Shown here: positions 1-12,600 of the stretch, one piece after another
Layout of the letters: each line of letters begins with the position of its first letter
How positions within the stretch are numbered: the first letter of the stretch is position 1
Assembly: GCA_011109175.1 (NCBI GenBank)
Contig: RDEW01000073.1
Coordinates: forward strand, 1-46,545
DNA length: 46,545 bases
Source: Dicyema japonicum
Taxonomy: Eukaryota; Animalia; Dicyemida
Reading direction: 5' to 3'
The notes under the pieces: generated by a model
What the model saw: the letters and a program-made list of their open reading frames with translations, nothing else
Databases searched by the model: none
What the model was told of the DNA's origin: nothing
Program-made: the position numbers and the translations under genes

Positions 1-339
1 ACTGATGAAAAAATTGGTGGCTAATGAGGTCAGGAGCTTTGTAGATCAAATGGGATTTTCTCCGAGAATCAGTTGGGTACTGTGCAAAATTGTTAGGGGG
101 CAAAGAGCAGGCTTTGATCAACAAATGCCATTCTGTGTCTCATGGAAACTCACTTTTCTCTATGCGGATGGATTTGAAGAACGCTTACGATTCAGTTGAT
201 AATTCTTACCTTGTCGAGTGGCTACACAGTCTGTTATGCCTGTGTGGTTTATCAGCTTTGTAGTGGCTGTGATGAATAGGTGGAGTATTCCTCTGAACTA
301 TAATAGGCATCGGATAGAAGAGGTAAAACTTTGTCAACC

Positions 340-2715
340 CAACAAGCCGACACGAGAAAGAGTCAATAGTTATTGAAATCGGACTCCTTAACTATAATGA
401 ACGATCCTGCGAAAAATACAAGGACCCCACTAAGAGAGACGGATCAGCTTACCTCACCGGATGTAACACTCTGCTCATCGTCGATTTCATCAAAAATTGA
501 TTGGTCAGTCCTCTACGAAACAAAAAGCGACTATAATCCAATTTTAATGAAGGTCATGAGAGAAGTCAGAGTGAGAAGAACACCTGCTAGTTATAACTAC
601 AAAGCTGCTAATCGGGAATTGTATCGCGCAATCTCTGATGATAGACTGAAGAATTGTTATTTGGACAGCTTCAAATCGCTAGAAAAAGCGATCAAATACT
701 TTACATGCACAATCCTAGAAGCAAAATCATTGACTATTCCCAAACATATTCTAAACTCTTTAATGGTCGAGGGAAGTCGGCATTGATCGAAGAAAGAAAT
801 CACCTCAAAAAATCTAATTGGATCACATTAAAAACGAAACTCCGAATCAGAGCTCAAAAAACGAAATAAATGCCAGAGAGTTCAAGGCCCAGAAATTGAA
901 GTAGAATCGGATTCTTACAAAAGTAAATCGCGACAGTAGTACCGGCGAAGTGTGGAAAGCCATCCGAAATGTTGCAAAAGGAAAAGAAACTTTTCCCGAG
1001 GATGACTATACTTAACGAGACGTTAACAATTTGATAAAATTCTACACAAAAATTTCGTACAAGGAACAGAGGAAGTCGGAAGTGCTTCTCTCTTTATGGA
1101 GAAACTGAAGTAAGATTCTAACCCAGTTTACTTCTCGGATGAGGACGTGAAGAATGCGCTGCATTTTTCAAGAACAACGTACTCTGTCGGTCCCGACAAC
1201 ATTCTAGTACTGTTATTGAAGAACCTTGGAGATATTTGAGTCGGTTTTCTAACGTCAGTGTATAACTATTCAATTAATTGTAATGTAATACCGTTGTTAT
1301 GGAAGCAAACCGACATCCGACCTATACTGAAACTGGAAAACCTAAGGAAGATCCGGCATCATTTAGACTTGTGTCATTATTATGTTCCATATCGAAAATT
1401 CTGGAAAGGCTTATGCTTGGGAGAATCAAGGCTTTCTTACCAGAAAAGGATTTTCAACACGGATTCAAGGGCGATTGTTCTACATCAACGTACCTACAGA
1501 AATTAACCAACTTTATTGAAATGGTTTTTCAAACAAACCAAGGCATTTGAAGACATTTTTATGTTCCATTGATATCAACAAATCCTTTGATTCTATTTCG
1601 AGAAAAATATTATTAAGAAAATTTTCCAACTTTATTGAAATGGTTTTTCAAACAAACCAAGGCATTTGAAGACATTTTTATGTTCCATTGATATCAACAA
1701 ATCCTTTGATTCTATTTCGAGAAAAATATTATTAAGAAAATTTTCCAGTCGGAGATCCCGGGAAAACTTAAACTTTGGATAACAAATTTCTTAAATGGAC
1801 GAAGAGGACGTGCATGCCTTGGAAGACTGAAATCAGTCTCACGTCTTCTCCCAAACCATGTCCCCCAAGGATCTCCTTTATCCCCTGCCTTATTCAATTT
1901 ATAACTGGCAGACCTCCCGACACCGGAATCCAATACCGATGTTCTACTAACATGTGCGGACGACATTGTTTTGGCCTCGCGTTATCGGGATATTCAAAAT
2001 GCTACAGAAAGATTACCAATTAACCTGGATTGACTCAACGCCTGGGTAATGAAGAACCGACTGACGATAAATTTCAGAAAGTCGGTCACGTCTATGTTTA
2101 CTTTGGACAAAAGGTTGGGGAAGAAGACTGTAAAGTTAAAATTGGACAGCATTGAAATCCCCTTCACCAAATGTCAGAAGATCCTGGTCGTGACACTGGA
2201 TACACACTTATGTTTGTCAATACACGTGGCAAACATTGTTCTGAAGTGCGAGAAGAGAATCAATGTATTAAAATGTTTATTTGCAATATGGAAAGCAGGT
2301 ACCCACCCGGTTTGATGAACATTTACAAACAATCGGTCGAACCATACTTCTCGTACGCGTTTGCTTCGTGGGAACCTTCATTATCATGGACAAACTCTAT
2401 GAAAATCGAGGACGTTCAAAAGAAGGCTTACAGAATGACGGATGGTGGTCTTGTAGGAGACACAGAACCGGACCAACTACTCTGGAGACCCTAATTGAAC
2501 AAAACTCCGGCATGTGGGATTGTGGCCTTGCAATTACAGTCAGCCACCCAGTACGAGCTTGTGTGGGTACGAGGGAAGAGCACCAGGAAAGAATAATGAT
2601 TTTGGCAACCCATCGGGATCACGTGATAGTTAGTTTTGGTTTAACCGTGGTCTTGGGTGTTTATTTAATTTTAAATCTTAAATTAAATAAATAAAGATTA
2701 AATAAATACAATATG
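340..2715 (+). mobile_element. Decayed non-LTR retrotransposon (APE endonuclease C-terminus, RT, 3' UTR with A-rich tail), Jockey/I-like
   Basis: ORF fragments: TSPDVTLCSS...KSDYNPIL (APE end); KPKEDPASFRLVSLLCSISKILERL and QHGFKGDCST (RT). Many stops and frameshifts. Ends in a TAAA-rich tail at ~2680-2715. Clade assignment is tentative. Confidence 0.8.
1507..1747 (+). repeat. 119-bp perfect tandem duplication
   Basis: Unit 1507-1625 is repeated at 1626-1744 with CCA microhomology; likely an assembly artefact. Confidence 0.9.
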
Positions 2716-2809
2716 ATAATTAATTATTTTTGTAGTTTTTATACTTTATTTCAAATTAATTAATTAAAGTATTTAAATTTTAAGTTCTTGTAATGCCAGT
2801 TAATGATCG

Positions 2810-3776
2810 TGTTAAACGTCACTTGCTTATCTGTTTGAAGTGTTGTGTCGAGTTGTATTTCAACTTTACTGTTTGACACAATCGATTAAAAGACTCCTTG
2901 ATAGAGAGGAAGTCGGTGTATGGATATGAGACATATATTAGCTCTGATTTTTTAAGATTGATGTCAAAGCCCAAATGTTTTAAAGCGGGTAACGCTTTAC
3001 GTAATGAATTGTATGTTTCTTTGAACGATCCTCCAATTGTGGCATCATCGAGGTACCAGAGATTTAGCTGAGCGTCAATTGAACTCACAACCTCATCAAT
3101 GGTCAGGCAAATAATAGAGGTCTGAGCGGATCTCCTTGTTGTACACCAGTTTTTTACGTAATGAATTGTATGTTTCTTTGAACGATTCTCCAATTGTGGC
3201 ACCATCGAGGTACCAGAGATTTAGCTGAGCGTCAATTGAACTCACAACCTCATCAATGGTCAGGCAAATAATAGAGGTCTGAGCGGATCTCCTTGTTGTA
3301 CACCAGTTTTGATTTAATAATTTCATTTTTAAAAACCAAAGACGTATCTTGCCCATAGGATAGATTGACAAGAAGGAAAAGCTTTGGAGCCCTCTTCCAA
3401 CACGTTTTCATAATTTCGTCTTTTCTGAGAGAATTAAAGGCATTCGTTATGTCCAACTTGATTCCAATGCATTGATTTGAAATATTTTTTTGTGTGAAGA
3501 AACGCCTTGCTGCAGAAATCGCAACCTAAAATACGTTCTGGATACAAACACCCATTTGTTTAAGAAAGAACTTCTCTCTGATTTGTCGGCACACCATGGT
3601 CGATACAACTTTTGCTGCAACTCTTCTAAAATAGTTCCTGATCGCAATGGGGCGGATTCCTCCTTTGGGTTTTTTGAAAGCAGAAGACCAATTCTCACGC
3701 ATATTTGAGAGGTCGCCGTTAACAATTTTTCTGATTAGGTCCGTAATTGATTTGACAAGACAGCGTCAAGCTTCCG
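2810..3776 (-). mobile_element. CRE-like (RLE-type) non-LTR retrotransposon RT fragment
   Basis: Motifs LDITNAFNSL and LNLWYLDDATIGG. ~3040-3775 is nearly identical to ~6017-6720. Ends at the single N at 3777. Confidence 0.75.
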
Positions 3777-3779
3777 NAC

Positions 3780-4060
3780 GAGAAGACTCTGATTCCGTTA
3801 TGGAGATAGTTTAAGATGTCCTTTACCACTTGTTAGACTTCCTCTTTGTCAGTCTGGGATCATAGAAAATCGACCTTATAACCTTTTCCCTTTTGAAACC
3901 GTGAAATCCCTTTTGAATCGTGATCATGAGTGGTGACCACAAGTTCGACTCAACAAACTACACCAAAGTGATTCAATATTCTGCACGGCTGTTGAGAAGG
4001 CTGAGAGATCAGGACGAACAAAATCCACATACGTTATGTTTATCCTGTCAAAAAAATTCT
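3780..4060 (-). mobile_element. Degenerate LINE post-RT fragment
   Basis: Minus-strand reading YVDFVRPDLSAFSTAVQNIESL resembles the VRPxLEY...IESVQ thumb region of CR1/Jockey-group RTs; weak. Confidence 0.35.
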
Positions 4061-4080
4061 GACCCAAGAATTTGAACGTA

Positions 4081-4470
4081 TTTATTTTCTGATTTATTTA
4101 TTTATTTTACAAACAAAGACCGCGGTAAAACCAAACTAATTATCATGTGATCTCGCATTCTAACAGTGACCTCATCTATGTCCGATGTTCTTCCCTCGTG
4201 CCCGCGCATGAACGTAAAGAACGGCTGTAGTCTAGTCTCATATTTCCGTGTAAAACCAAACTAATTATCATGTGATCTCGCATTCTAACAGTGACCTCAT
4301 CTATGTCCGATGTTCTTCCCTCGTGCCCGCGCATGAACGTAAAGAACGGCTGGAGTCTAGTCTCATATTTCCGTGATCTGGAGTCTAGTTTCATAAATGC
4401 CTCCAGAGGCGTTGGTCCGGTTCGGTAATCTTCACAAATCCAACGCTGTGTTACTCTGTAAGCCCTTTTT
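4081..4470 (-). mobile_element. Isolated 3' end of the same LINE family as 340-2715, with internal 125-bp tandem duplication (4125-4375)
   Basis: Shares GAACCGGACCAAC, CGAGGGAAGA and GATCACRTGATARTTAGTTT(T)GGTTTWACCGYGGTCTT plus a TAAA tail with 2465-2710, in inverted orientation. Confidence 0.75.
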
Positions 4471-4799
4471 TGATTTCCTCAATTTTCAGTTTTGAGAAGG
4501 TTCGCATTATAGGAATAAGCGTGTTATATAATGGTAGATGAGACAAAAATTACAAACAAAATTGAATTATTTTTGATTAGTTATTAAAAATGTCTCTAAA
4601 ATAGATTTACAGTACAAAGCATACGTAAAGCTAAGATTTTGTAAAAGATCGATCCAAATTGAAAAAAATATTTGACACAGAGGCAAGGAAAATAATCAAA
4701 TTAAACTAAAAAGAAGAAAATAAGAATATTATAGAAAGGATTACATTGAATCAAGCAAAAACCCATCAGACATATTGAGTAATAATAACATCTAATGAG

Positions 4800-5080
4800 T
4801 AGTAATGTTTCCATTACTAAAAATTTCAGCTTTATTTTAGAAGTAAAGCAGTCATCCTAATTCATTCAAAGATGCTATTGACTTCTAGTTCGTTTCTTTT
4901 TGCTTGTGTGTGAGTCCTAGAAGATAATCCGATTCTGCAGTGATGAAACACTAAAGACGGTGTCACATATCAACCGAGAAGGTTCGTAGACTTTGGAACT
5001 TTCAAAATAATAGTCTGCAGCAAACCAGAAACCTTTTGGATTTTGGTCCAGAACTCAGTACACTGCGCTATTCAGTGTTT
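4800..5080 (-). mobile_element. tRNA-headed SINE-like repeat, copy A
   Basis: A-box-like TAGCGCAGTGT (5070-5060), then a core homologous to 33050-33270 (TGAARGTTCCA ... AGTG-WTTCAT-CACTGCRGAAYCGGATTATCT ... CAAGCAAAAA ... AAATAAAGC). Confidence 0.55.
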
Positions 5081-5284
5081 TTTCTTACTAAAATTTATAA
5101 ATTTAAACAAACATGATTTCGAAACTCGAAAAATTAAGATTGTTTTTCCAATGAGGTCAGGCAAATTTATGACAGATCAAAAAACTCTCTAATAAGAAAA
5201 ATTGTTGAGAAGATTGAAGAATTTTGAAAAAACCCAGTTTGTCAACTTATACAATTTAGTGTTAAAGTAGACTTTTTTTTCTTT

Positions 5285-7350
5285 TTTTTAATTAATAATT
5301 TTTTTTTTAACTATTAAACAAATGTCAGTGAAGATGCCTGCTGCGTGGATTGCGAACGAGTTACCTCGGAGAATAGCTATTTCAATCTTTTGTCTTAACC
5401 ATAACCCTTCTCTTTAATCCCTATTCTTTCTGGCAAGCATTCCTCCGAGTTATCGCAAGAACTCAGCCGTCATTGGACCAACGGCTCCCGATGATTTGGT
5501 TGCAACAGGAGTAAATCAGTAGCGATTACCAAAGCAAGAATATTTCTTGATTTTTAGGTTCTCCGCAGTCGAAGCAGCTGCTCCAGATGTCTGAACCGAT
5601 TTAAAATTGTTCGTGCTTGAGAACGTGTCTATGCAAGTGGCGTCCCAGATTAAAGATCTTCCAGACGTGATGGGGAAAAAGATCATCCCGTCAGGTCTCT
5701 TGCAACATCTTTTCGATCAAGACTTACTGGTTCAACTGTGCTGAGAAGCCTGAAACCTTCAGAGCTCAGACGATCACATCATTCAGAACAGCATGACGTG
5801 GTCCCCTTCCGGCACTTCTTCTGCAGGACAACGGGTGCAATCCTTTCGCATCAACTGTTTCCCGCATTGGCATCGGTGCACCAAATAAGCCAAACGATGT
5901 TGATTTGCTTCTTTTGTAAGATCTTCCAAAATTTTGGAGCAGACAATGTCATCCCAATTACTTTGCTTTGTTGTGCCAAAGACGTATCTTGCCCATAGGA
6001 TAGATTGACAAGAAGNATCGAGGTACCAGAGATTTAGCTGAGCATCAATTGAACTCACAACCTCATCAATGGTCAGGCAAATAATAGAGGTCTGAGCGGA
6101 TCTCCTTGTTGTACACCAGTTTTGATTTAATAATTTCATTTTTAAAAACCAAAGACGTATCTTGCCCATAGGATAGATTGACAAGAAGGAAAAGCTTTGG
6201 AGCCCTCTTCCAACACGTTTTCATAATTTCGTCTTTTCTGAGAGAATTAAAGGCATTCGTTATGTCCAACTTGATTCCAATGATTGATTTGAAATATTTT
6301 TTTGTGTGAAGAAACGCCTTGCTGCATAAATCGCAACCTAACATACGTTCTGGATACAAACACCCATTTGTTTAGGAAAGAACTCCTCTCTGATTTGTCG
6401 GCACACCATGGTCGATACTACTTTTGCTGCAAGTCTTCTAAAATAGTTCCTGATCGCAATGGGGCGGATTCATCCGTTGGGTTTTTTGAAAGCAGAAGAG
6501 CAATTCTGTTTAAGAAAGAACTTCTCTCCGATTTGTCGGCACACCATGGTCGATACAACTTTTGCTGCAAGTCTTCTAAAATAGTTCCTGATCGCAATGG
6601 GGCGGATTCATCCTTTGGGTTTTTTGAAAGCAGAAGACCAATTCTCACGCATATTTGAGAGGTCGCCGTTAACAATTTTTCTGATTAGGTCCGTAATTGA
6701 TTTGACAAGACAGCGTCAAGCTTTCGAGGTGTAAGTGGACGTAAGGTCCTTAATATGGCCAGGACGTAACCCTTCCAAGCCTCCACCGCTGCTAGCCTCG
6801 AAGGAAGTAATTCTGTGGCGCACTTCGGATTCAGTAATGATTATCTCCTTGGTTCCTTCAGGATTCAAAAACTTTTCATAGTCAGTCGGTGCATCTGGAT
6901 GCTTTAGTATTAAGGTATTTAGGACCTCGGGAGTACAAGACAATACTGTGTCATCGGATGTGATAACCCGTAAGGCTGCCCGCACGTAGCCTTCCAGAAG
7001 TTTCCGGTTTATTTTTTCCTTTAGTTTGTTGGGCGTATCTTTGATGAATGCTCATCAGGTTTCGACCTCAGTGACATTAAGTGGATGTTCAAGTATTGCG
7101 TGTAGTTATGACAGCTAAATTTATTATGTTTCTTTTCAGTTTCTCGGATAAGTTGAGTCGGGAGTTTGTTTCTTTATTATTGTCCTCGATTACTTTGTAG
7201 ATATTCCGAGTGCGACAGGTGCAAAGAATATAAGTTTTAGCCAGGATTCCCAACTGTCAGAAGATAGTGCGTGATCAATGGCATCTGAAAGATACTTTGC
7301 TGCGGCATTTCGTACTCCTTTTGGGAGATAAATTATCAACTCCTTTTTGC
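5285..7350 (-). mobile_element. CRE-like non-LTR retrotransposon (RT plus C-terminal restriction-like endonuclease), internally deleted and rearranged
   Basis: RAALRVITSDD...LKHPDAP...SGGGLEGLRPGHIKDL; LDITNAFNS; WYLD; RPDGMIFFPITSGRSLIWDATC (RLE). A-rich 3' tail at 5285-5310 matches 40145-40200. Confidence 0.8.
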
Positions 7351-8167
7351 TTTCAACTCAAATCAATACAAAATGCTCAGAATCCACTGCAGCCATATAG
7401 ATCTTTTATGCGACAATCAACTATCGACGCGACGAGATAGTGGTTTACTGCATCATCACATCTGGTGTGGGAACACTTTAAAAAGCGTTCTCTCAAGACA
7501 AACTCTAGAAATGATCCCTAGAAGTATAGTCTTAACATCTTTTAAATTACACAACTGAGCAGATTTTTCCAACTTTCAGCATGCAAGAAATATTATGATG
7601 TCCTTTAAACTCGCTTTAGCTATTTCTGTTAAATGCTTTAATTAATTTATTAACATTATATGTAGATTAAAATATTTTTAAATCAGTTATTTTTAATAAT
7701 TAACTTAATTTAGTACACAAAGTCAGTTGTTATGACGAGGTTTCATTATGGTCTGCATCATTGACTACGCAATCGGACTTACCTCTTATGATCAAGAGTC
7801 CAATGTTTTGGAGGAGCTATCGCTCGCTTTTTAATCGATTTTTCTTTGCATTAATCTACGAACAAGAATAAGGTAGATAGCTTTTGTTTGTATTCGATGC
7901 ATCTTCAAAGCTTGGAAATAAAATTCAGATATTATCCTTACTACATTGTCAGTTAGGAGAGTACAGTTAAAGTTTTGGCTCTAACGGATATGTTATTTCA
8001 GATTCTCGAGACTACTTGAAAGAAAGATCAAAACAACTAATTAATTAATCCCAATTCTAACAAGATCCAACTGAATTTGTCAAGATATATTTAATTAAGC
8101 AAATATTAATCAATTTTTACTGATTTAGTTTAAATAGTCAATTGAGATATAACAAAAATAAAAATCA

Positions 8168-9375
8168 ATGCAAAGTATATTAATGAAATACCTTTTAATA
8201 TCCTTAATGGATAGTTCGGCTGATAATATCGACGATAATATCTTTGATTTAGTAAAAAACCAAAAATGGAATGAATTAGAAAATATTTTATTCCGAGAAG
8301 CTCAGTTCGACAAAATCGAATTAAATGCTCAAGAAAAAGTTGATTTCATAAATAATTATAAGCAAACTGGTTTAACTCTCTTAATGCTGGCAATCAAAGA
8401 AAATAAATTTTCTATTGCTGAAAGGCTTATTTAACAAAACATAGACCTGAATATTCAATGCAATGTAAGCAAACATTTAATCATCATATATATTAAAAAA
8501 CTAAAAATAGAAAGGAAAAAATGCTTTGCACTACGCTGTATTGGCTGAGACTGACGAATTCACTATATCTTTATTATTCAGAAAAATCCGTGTATCCATT
8601 CAAGATGAAGTATTTTTTTTAATTTTTCAAGACGGGAGACTTCCTTTACATTTGCATTTGGCATGCGAGAATACGGATACGATATATTCCGTTATTTTAC
8701 GCCATCCAAAAGTCCAAATTTCAAACTTGTCGCGAATTGCTAACGCTTAACAAAAAACAGCTAGAAATCCAGTCTATGGTAAAAGGGAGCATAATTTTAG
8801 ACTAATGGAGACACGGCAATGCACATTGCTGCACGTTTGGGAACTGCTGAGCTAGTTACTTTATTTCACAGTCATGGGAGAGATGTGAATTCCTTTAATG
8901 TATATTTGATGAAGATAATCGTTATTTTAGTACAACGGCGAAAATCCATTACATATTGCTGCACAAAATAAAAATTTAAATTTGGTAAAATGTTTGTTTC
9001 ACCTAAATGCTTCTGCCGAAGTCTTCGATAAGGTAATTTAGTTCTCAGATTTAGATGGGGAAATCACCTCTCCACATATCTACCGAAATGGGAGATATAG
9101 AAATAGTGAAATATCTAATAAATAAATTCAAAGCAAATATTTTTGCGAAAATTAATGACAGAGCACTCTTTTGCACATTTCAGTAAAATTCGAGCACCAT
9201 AGCCTATCGGAATTTTTATTAAAACTGGGGATGCCTCTTTACATGTCTAATATGTTTTTCGGACTTAAATTAACTTTTTGGTTGGGGAGTTGACTTCATG
9301 AGACTGCGAGACATGGACGCGTAAATTTAATAAAAATGCTGATGAAAAAAATTGAAAATGTTAATTTTGCAGCAA
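8168..9375 (+). pseudogene. nompC: TRPN/NompC-like N-terminal ankyrin-repeat region with multiple disablements; runs into a gap
   Basis: After removing GT-AG introns 8465-8510, 8779-8800, 8900-8930 and 9033-9054: IPLFYAIQKSKFQTCRELL...TNGDTAMHIAAR...GENPLHIAA...NASAEVFDK...KFKANIF...STLLHIS...GMPLYMSN...LHETARHG. This is colinear with the recalled NompC sequence (IPLLLAVESGNQSMCRELL...NGDTALHLAAR...ASASIAD...KFKASIF...STLMHIA...GVYLHMPN). Lesions: TAA 8432-8434, TGA 9291-9293, frameshift ~9160, internal deletion ~8680. Confidence 0.75.
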
Positions 9376-9620
9376 NNNNNNNNNNNNNNNNNNNNNNNNN
9401 NNNNNNNNNNNNNNNNNNNNNNNNNNNNNNNNNNNNNNNNNNNNNNNNNNNNNNNNNNNNNNNNNNNNNNNNNNNNNNNNNNNNNNNNNNNNNNNNNNNN
9501 NNNNNNNNNNNNNNNNNNNNNNNNNNNNNNNNNNNNNNNNNNNNNNNNNNNNNNNNNNNNNNNNNNNNNNNNNNNNNNNNNNNNNNNNNNNNNNNNNNNN
9601 NNNNNNNNNNNNNNNNNNNN
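9376..9620. other. Assembly gap (245 N)
   Basis: N run. Other gaps: 16968-17240, 22883-23371, 26451-26710, 30799-30972, 34851-35829, 41848-42700. Confidence 1.
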
Positions 9621-12600
9621 TCTGTAAGGTTCATTTCTCTGTAGCTTTGCTTAATAAAGTCATAGAGATAATTTTCGAATGTGTTTGATAACTGAATATC
9701 CTGGAAAACACTTTTGATTAAGTCGTCGAATATTAGCGAGTCGTAATGAGTTAGCTTTGAAAGAGTATTGATCCTTAAAGCCTTTACTACAATATCAAAT
9801 TCATCGGTTTTTTTATTTTCTAAATAAATTTATATTTTGAACCACTTTGGATCATTCTACCCGAGCTTTTCAAAACAGTCTTTAATGCTCGAAGTCCCCA
9901 GTCATAGTGTTGTTGGGAGGTTAGTAAATCCCTAAAAATTAGGCTTCTATTACTTGGCTGCTGAAAAAATTGAGACGAGCTTTTTTCCTATGGCCTTTGC
10001 TTCAGTGAATCCCTCGGAGAATAAAATAACTTCTGCAATAAGTTCATTGTCTGGTTTAGACATGACGACCGGACGGAATAGCTGCTTCAAATTATCAGGC
10101 AGTTTCTGACGACCTCCATATCCTTTACAGGCAGGATTCAGCGTGATAAAAATATTGGAGTTGAAATTTACACTAATCTGTTAGATAAATTATTCAACTG
10201 ACATTTCTTCCGAGAAGTTGGACGGTTTTATGTCGAAATTTAACCGCCTGCTGGATGATTTGAATGTGCATAGAAAGGATTGAAAGAACAGACTCTTCCA
10301 GGCGGTTAAATTCATCAAAGCATCCCCAAGCACCGCATTTTAAGAGACCGACGAAAATCCTCTCCATTGACTTTACATCGATTCCCTAATTATTAGAAAA
10401 AGCTAAGTGACCTCATCACAGTTAAAGACAAGAACTTGTCTTCCTAAAATAGCGCCGAGAGCTTTAACCGACTCCGTTTTGCCCGTTCCGGCAGGTCCAT
10501 ACGGATTTCCTCCCAACCCAGATACCATGGCTATGATTTATACAAAATAATGTGAACCCTGAGTTAGAGTGAGAAAGCATTTGTCCGTGAGTGGGGTATG
10601 AACCAGTTTCGGGGTATTTCCCTGATATTCGTATGAGTAATTTATATTAGAGTCCACCATCTTATAAAAAATATCCCCCTTGTCAGAATAAGCTCTATTT
10701 GTGTTTAACACTGAGCATACCGAATTTGCTTCTGCCAATTCCAGTCGTTAATTCCACGGACTTTATCACTAATCAGCTGAGTGACCAGATTCATATTATG
10801 AACACTGTCGAGAATGCAGTCTTTCAATTTTAGAATCAGGACTTGATCTTTGATGTTAGTTTTCTGCGCATCGCAATAGTTTTTCAGTTGATTCTGAACT
10901 TCCCTTTTGAGCCCTTCTAGTGATCCTCCCATTATAGCCTTCTCACATTTCGCAGTAAACTGGATTGCCTCAACAAGTGAGAGGATCTTGGCTACAATCA
11001 CTGATTTACCTGAGCCGGGTAGTCATTCGGATTTATTTGACGAGTCTTATATTGCTTAATAGCATCATTCGCGAGATTTGATAGAGTTTTTACCATTTCT
11101 TTGGATAATTTCATTAGCCAGTCCTTTAATCAGAAACAGACAAACTTCAATTGAGTTTGTGATAGTAATTGGACAGGTCAAAGTGACTCGTTCACCTTCC
11201 AATGATTGGATGGCAGTAATCATGTCTTGTTTTTCGTTAAATTCCACGGAATAAATTCCAGCAAATAACTTGTTGAGGTGATCTTGGATGACTGAGGGTT
11301 TTGTCGATTGGCCAATGATCTCTAGTAAATTTTCATCCCCAATAAAATAAAATCTTGGAAAATTTAATCGTTTCTCCTTAGAATTAAAGACTAAATAAAC
11401 TTCGAGGTAATCATTCAAGGCTTTTTGACAGCGATAAAGCTGATCAGAAGCATTTTCTAGCTGAGTTTGGATGGCGGATCTGTTTAATAAAGAAACAACT
11501 CGATTATCCCCATATATATCACCCAAAATAACCCTGAAGTCAATTAGCGTAAAAACTTGAAGCCGTTGTTTGTTTTATTGAATCTTGACTGCTGAGGGAG
11601 ACAACCCTTCCCGAATATGGGCTCTAAGTGAACCCATTTTCTTTGAACAGTATTGAGCACATGCAACAAAATATCCAACTGTCCAAGTTTTTGCTCCCAA
11701 ACTGAGATTTTGTCTTCAAATAGTTTATAATAAGGGAGTTCTTTGAGTGATTGGACCATCAGCTGGTTGTCTCCAATCTGAAATTAGATAAAAATCTTAC
11801 GCATGTCAGCAGTTCCTTCCACTCTTTTATGATAGATACGATTGAGTTGTCTTTTGTGGTGTACTTTGTCAAAGAAAACGTGCAACTCGATCCCCAAATG
11901 TCAAGTTCCCTCAGAGCTCTTCTAATGGTTACCTCTCCTTTGGCTCTTTTATTGAGTTCCTACAAAATGAAAAATTTCAGAACCTTAAGGTTCTCAATTT
12001 GGTACAAAATCTCATCTGTGCTATTTATAATGTCTCGAAATGAAAGTTTTTCAATTGTCATATCTTTCGGGAGTTTTATGAGAGTAAACAGCTCAATCCA
12101 TAGATCAGATGTCAGGTCTTCTCCAACAAGCCATTTAAAGTATGGAATCAATTCCTAAGCTACTAGAAATGACTACAAACTTTAAATTTGTCAATTTCCT
12201 TCGTTAATTTAATATTTACTGCCGATTTCTCTTCTTTAGCTAGTCGTTTACTCCACGAGTCAATTAAATCGGCAAATTCACCAGTATTTGTCCTGCAAAT
12301 TAATTCGACAAGCAAACCTAAATGAAATCCAATCTTCCGATTCCAATTTCTCCAATTCGAAAGAAAACTCCATAAATGTCTTCCAATTTAACTGTTCTTT
12401 ACTAATTCTTTCAACGGTGGCATCGATTTCTGGCAGAAGTGAATCTTTCATGTCGTAAAATTTAAAATTTCGTCTTTTTATCAAAAATATAAGAATTACT
12501 TCAAAGATTCAAATTCCGTTAATATTTCTTTAAAATCTTTTTTCTGGCTTATTATTTGAACAGCCTTTGCTCTGAGTTGTGCGAAATCACAGTCCAAATT

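Noticed and set aside
7360-7620. Tc1-like or BED-finger transposase remnant (IVVYCIITSGVGTL; VWEHFKK)
   Set aside because: Short motifs in different frames, no terminal repeats or DDE residues; may be chance.
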